NCBI GenBank assembly: GCA_963727485.1
Contig: CAVSGM010000001.1
Span: 864,001-928,000, forward strand
Length of the DNA: 64,000 bases
Direction of reading: 5' to 3'
From: an uncultured delta proteobacterium
GTDB taxonomy: Bacteria > Myxococcota > Myxococcia > SLRQ01
Shown piece by piece: positions 59,878 to 64,000 of this stretch (within the stretch, counting starts at the first letter, position 1; every line of letters starts with the position of its first letter). The notes under the pieces are model-generated. The model saw nothing but the letters and a program-made list of their open reading frames with translations, searched no databases and had not been told where the DNA came from. The position numbers and the translations under genes are program-made.

Positions 59878-59991
59878 CGAAGCCGCCGGGCTGCGGCCAG
59901 GACTTTCGGCAGTGACGCCGCGCAAACGGCTTTGACCGGCCGCCCCACTTGGGGTCAGATGGTCCGGTTCCGGGGGAACCGAGAGGACCAC

Positions 59992-60900
59992 ATGACCCAC
60001 CGCCCAGCGCGCTGGCGACCGGCCGCGCTCATCGCCGCGCTCACCGTCGTCGTCGCACCGACCGCCGCGTTCGCCGCCGACGCCGGCTTCCACAGCCGCC
60101 AGCGCGGCGCGGTCGTCCTCGGGAGCGTCGACATCACGCCCGTGGGCGACGCGCTCCTCGGCCACCTCGGCGGCCAGTGGTCGGAGATCGAGACCGTCCA
60201 GTCCCGGAAGTGGCTTCTCCAGTGGGACGGAATGGCGACCCTCACCGGCGGCGTGCTCGGCCAGACGCACCCGTACACGACGATGGTCGGCATCGAGGCC
60301 TCGGGCTTCTTCGAGGGCGGCTGGCGGCTGAAGCCGGCCCACGCCTGGAGCCTCTACCTCGGCGGGCGGCTCTCGCTCAACGGCGTGGTGATGCCGCCCT
60401 GGGGCACCGCGCTGGGGGACCTGAACACGGTGAACAGCGTCGCCGGCGTCGGCGGGGCGTTCCTCGAGGGCGGGCTCCGGGTGGCGGCGGGCACCTCGTT
60501 CATCTCGGGGCGCAGCGGGTTCCTGGCGGCGGTTTTCGTGGGCGAGTCCGCCTGGACGCCCCAGGTGAACCTCCCGGCCGCGGCGTTCACCGACCTCGGG
60601 GTCATGGTCCGCTACGACCTCGCCGGCTCCTGGATGCTCTCGGGCGAGGGGCGCTGGGGCACGACCCCGGCCATCACCCACGCCAAGCTCGACTACCACG
60701 ACCAGACGACCCACCTCGGCTTCTCCCTCGACCTCCGGAAGATCTTCGGCAACGGGATGTGGCTCGCCCTGCGCCTCCACGACGACCTGGTCTCCGACTA
60801 CCAGACCTACGCCGGGAGCGGCGCCACCTACCACACCGCCGGGCCCGCCAAGCTCGGCGCGGTGATCCTCTACGGCATCGGGCTCGGAGGCCAGTCATGA
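59992..60900 (+). CDS. Secreted, probable outer-membrane beta-barrel protein
   Basis: Signal peptide ending AFA and alternating aromatic beta-strand pattern; coupled to the next gene. Confidence 0.55.
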   Translation: MTHRPARWRPAALIAALTVVVAPTAAFAADAGFHSRQRGAVVLGSVDITPVGDALLGHLGGQWSEIETVQSRKWLLQWDGMATLTGGVLGQTHPYTTMVGIEASGFFEGGWRLKPAHAWSLYLGGRLSLNGVVMPPWGTALGDLNTVNSVAGVGGAFLEGGLRVAAGTSFISGRSGFLAAVFVGESAWTPQVNLPAAAFTDLGVMVRYDLAGSWMLSGEGRWGTTPAITHAKLDYHDQTTHLGFSLDLRKIFGNGMWLALRLHDDLVSDYQTYAGSGATYHTAGPAKLGAVILYGIGLGGQS

Positions 60901-62282
60901 GCACCCAGACCCCTCGCACCCGCCGCCGCAGCGGCCTGGCGCCCCTGGTCCTCCTCGCGACCCTGGTGGCGGGCTGCTTCGGCGCCCCCCAGCAGGCCGA
61001 CTGGGGCCTCGGGCGCATCAACGACATGAAGACGCCCCCGGACGACCCGTCGCTCGCCTGCGGCGTCCAGCTCCCGGCGGACACCCTGGCCGCCAAGCGG
61101 AAGGCCTGCAGCTTCGACACCGGGGCGCTCCCGGAGACCACCCTGGGCATCCCCGCGGCCACCGCCGCCAAGATCCCCATCCGGCACCTCATCATCGTGA
61201 TGAAGGAGAACCGGAGCTTCGACCACCTCCTCGGCGCGCTCCACGACGAGGGGCAGCCGGACACCGACGCCATCCCCGCGGACTTCACCAACGACGACCT
61301 CTCCGGCAAGGCGGTGCACTTCACGCACTCGACCAACACCTGCATCGACCAGGATCCCGGCCACCAGAGCCAGGGGATGTCGGCGAGCGTCGACGGCGGG
61401 AAGATGGACGGCTTCGTGAAGAACGCCGCGAGGACCACGCCCACCGACGGCCACTTCGTGATGACCTACTACCAGGACACGGAGCTGCCCTTCGACTACT
61501 GGCTGGCCAAGACCTGGGCGCTCGCCGACCGGCACTTCGCCCCGGTGGTCAGCGGCACCTTCGCCAACCGGACCTACATGATGTTCGGGCAGAACTACGG
61601 CGTGGTGGACACCGGCATCGTCTATCCGCGGCCGAACACGCCGTCGATCTTCCAGCTGCTGATGAACGCCGGCTACACCTGGGGGGCGTACTCGGACGGT
61701 GGGCCCCTGAGCGACACCCTGGGCTGGACCGCGAAGGACCCGGGCGTCCACTCCATGGCCGACCTCTACAAGGCCCTGGACAACGGGACCCTGCCCAACG
61801 TCGCCTTCGTCGACGGCACCGAGTACATCACCGACGACCACCCCGACGCCGACCTCCAGAAGGGCGAGGTGTGGCTGAAGCAGATCTACGACCACGTGGT
61901 CGCGAGCCCCCAGTGGGACCGGCTGGCGATGATCTGGACCTACGACGAGGGCGGCGGCTTCGCCGACCACGTGAAGCCGCCGAACGCCTGCCGCGCCACC
62001 CCCGACTCGCCCTACACCATGATGGGGCCCCGGGTGCCGCTGGTGGTCATCTCGCCCTGGGCCAAGCGCCACTTCGTCTCCCACGTGGCCAGCGACCACA
62101 CGGCGATCACCCGGCTGGTGGAGCTGCTCTTCCATCTGCCGGCCATGACCGCCCGCGACGCCAACTCCACCGCGCTGCTCAATCTGTTCGACTTCTCGTG
62201 CGGGCGGAACCAGAGCGTGCCCCCGGCGCCCGACCCGGGCACCGGCGACTGCACCACGCCGACGCCGCCGGGGACGCATTAG
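60897..62282 (+). CDS. Phospholipase C / phosphoesterase family lipoprotein
   Basis: Lipobox VAGC, MKENRSFDH, TFANR, TYDEGGGFADHV, GPRVP and DHTAI. Confidence 0.88.
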   Translation: MSTQTPRTRRRSGLAPLVLLATLVAGCFGAPQQADWGLGRINDMKTPPDDPSLACGVQLPADTLAAKRKACSFDTGALPETTLGIPAATAAKIPIRHLIIVMKENRSFDHLLGALHDEGQPDTDAIPADFTNDDLSGKAVHFTHSTNTCIDQDPGHQSQGMSASVDGGKMDGFVKNAARTTPTDGHFVMTYYQDTELPFDYWLAKTWALADRHFAPVVSGTFANRTYMMFGQNYGVVDTGIVYPRPNTPSIFQLLMNAGYTWGAYSDGGPLSDTLGWTAKDPGVHSMADLYKALDNGTLPNVAFVDGTEYITDDHPDADLQKGEVWLKQIYDHVVASPQWDRLAMIWTYDEGGGFADHVKPPNACRATPDSPYTMMGPRVPLVVISPWAKRHFVSHVASDHTAITRLVELLFHLPAMTARDANSTALLNLFDFSCGRNQSVPPAPDPGTGDCTTPTPPGTH

Positions 62283-62319
62283 GCGGGAGGCTCACAGGCA
62301 CCCGGCCAGGAGCACCGCG

Positions 62320-62636
62320 GTGGCCGCGCTCCTGGTGATGGCCGCCGGCTGTGCGCCCTTCAAGAGCTATCGGCTCCCGGTCGACGCCAGCGACGCGCAT
62401 TGGACGTTCGCGCCCCTGGCGTCGGTGGCGAGCAACCTGGGGCTGCGCTACGTCGTCATCGACGAGGCCGAGGTGCCCGCGGCCCGGCGGGAGGCGAAGT
62501 TCGCCTGGGCCAAGAAGAAGGCGGATGCCGTCTGGAAGAAGGCGATGGCGGTGATGCGCAGCACCGGGGCGATGGCGCCGGCCGGGCGCCGCCGCCGAGC
62601 CCGAGCGTCAACATCAACGTCAACGTGAACGACTAG
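62320..62636 (+). CDS. Small hypothetical lipoprotein, frameshifted
   Basis: MAAGC lipobox; C-terminal PSVNINVNVND lies in another frame. Confidence 0.35.
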
Positions 62637-62802
62637 GCGGTGTCGCTCGCACGGGGCGCTCGGCCCGCGACACCTCCCGCCTGGTGCAGGTGCGAACGCG
62701 TTGGCGTGCCGGATGGCGAGCGGTCTCTTCAGTAGAATCCCCGTGCCTGCTACAGCCTTTGTAGCCGGAGACCGATGGCGGCCACGGATGGAGGGGGGGG
62801 CA

Positions 62803-64000
62803 ATGCGAGGCAAGCTTCATCGCAGGTTTCCGTTTGCGGCAATCGTGTCTCTGCTGGTGCTCGCATTGGCCTCTGCGTCCGCGCCGGCCGCAGCCGACGC
62901 GGGCCCCAAGCTGCCGGGCTGGTTCCCGCGCAGGGCACGTCAACATCGGCGGCAGCCTGGTCTACGAGGCGTACGGGGAGGCAGCTTCTCCGACGGCTAA
63001 GGGCAAGACCGTTCACTACCGGGGGGCGTACTGGAAGGCCGGGGTCTGGCTGCCCAAGCGGCATCCCGGAGACTGGAAGGAGGCGTCCGCGGCGGTGATC
63101 GCCGGCTTGAAGCGGCAGGGCTACGTCGTGGACTACCACCACCAGGGCTCCTCGGTGGCGGAGGCCAGCTTCCACAAGGGCCGCGGCGACGGCTCCTGGC
63201 ATGTGGCGTTCTCCACCGAGAAGTACAACCGGGCGCTGCGTCGGCCAGGGCACGTCTCGCCCGTGAAGCCCGAGGTCGAGCCGCTGGCCGAGACGAAAGC
63301 GCCTGGCACGAGCGCAGACATTCCGGGCGCTTGGCCGCGAGCTCCCACGGAGGGCGAGCCCATGTACTTCGGCGACGAGGTGGACATGCCCTCGACCGCA
63401 CCTCTCGCAGGATTGGATGTTACGAGGCCAGCAGCGGCTGGTGGTCACGCTGGGCGAGAAGAAGAAGGGCTTCCTACGCCGCGCCCTCGTCGCTGGCCGC
63501 CGGAAGTTGAAGCTCCTGGCCGCAGACCAGAAGGCGAGCTGGTTCTTCTGACCTGACACCGCTGCCCGGCTGGAGGCTCTCGCACACCAAGCACAGCAGC
63601 CAGCGCTGCTCGTGTACGGTGCCAATGGCGCCAAGGGAGAGCTGGAGGGAAGCGGCTCCATCAGCAAGGTTTACCTGGAAGACAAGCCTTCACCAACGAC
63701 CAGTTCAAGCTCGCCTACGAGCAGGCGCTGGCCAAGGCCGGCTGGACCATTGGCGACAAGAAGAAGGAGCAGGGCTTTCTCGATGCCCACTACGGACAAG
63801 AATGGTCGGGACATTTGGATCGCCTGTACCGGAGCGGGCACCCCACCTTCACGGTCTCCGACGTTGGACTAGCCTCAAGGCGGCCCTGGCCAAGGGCTGC
63901 AAGGTGCCCGTGTACGGCGTGAACTTCGACTTCAACAAGGCGACGCTACGCCCCGATGCCAAGCCGGTGCTGGAGCAGGTCCTGGCGCTGTTCAAGGACG
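62803..64000 (+). pseudogene. OmpA-family protein, multiply frameshifted, runs off the window
   Basis: Signal peptide at 62803; 63901-64000 translates KVPVYGVNFDFNKATLRPDAKPVLEQV. Confidence 0.65.

Overview
Very GC-rich bacterial chromosomal segment, most likely Myxococcota or a related deltaproteobacterium (MYXO-CTERM-like sorting signal, PilZ-REC protein, Cys-rich repeat surface protein, GG-DGG linker lipoproteins). About 60 CDSs are recognisable, mostly housekeeping or accessory: helicase, PLP trans-sulfuration enzyme, prolyl oligopeptidase, pilT, a two-component pair, an EmrAB-type pump with TetR, egtB, gor, thiC with a TPP riboswitch, cysC, dinB, apaG, xth, hpf, gltA, corA and an MscS channel. 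I found no rRNA, tRNA, CRISPR array, integrase or transposase. The most interesting element is a five-gene lipid-tailoring operon (degenerate FAAL-like adenylase, HpnA-like SDR, ACP, B12-radical SAM, acyl-CoA dehydrogenase; 4100-9883). It is divergent from an FNR-like regulator, and an FNR-type palindrome sits exactly 41.5 bp upstream of an apparently leaderless ATG. Other notable items are a 38-bp direct repeat bracketing a Cys-rich repeat gene, a tandem (4x CXXCH) DHOR protein, a temptin-like heme/Ig surface protein, a decayed AbiEi/AbiEii pair with its operator, and widespread leaderless-type promoter geometry. Many genes carry single-base frameshifts that look like long-read errors; six of them are the same GATC->GATTC event. 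All assignments are from motif recognition by eye; no searches were run.
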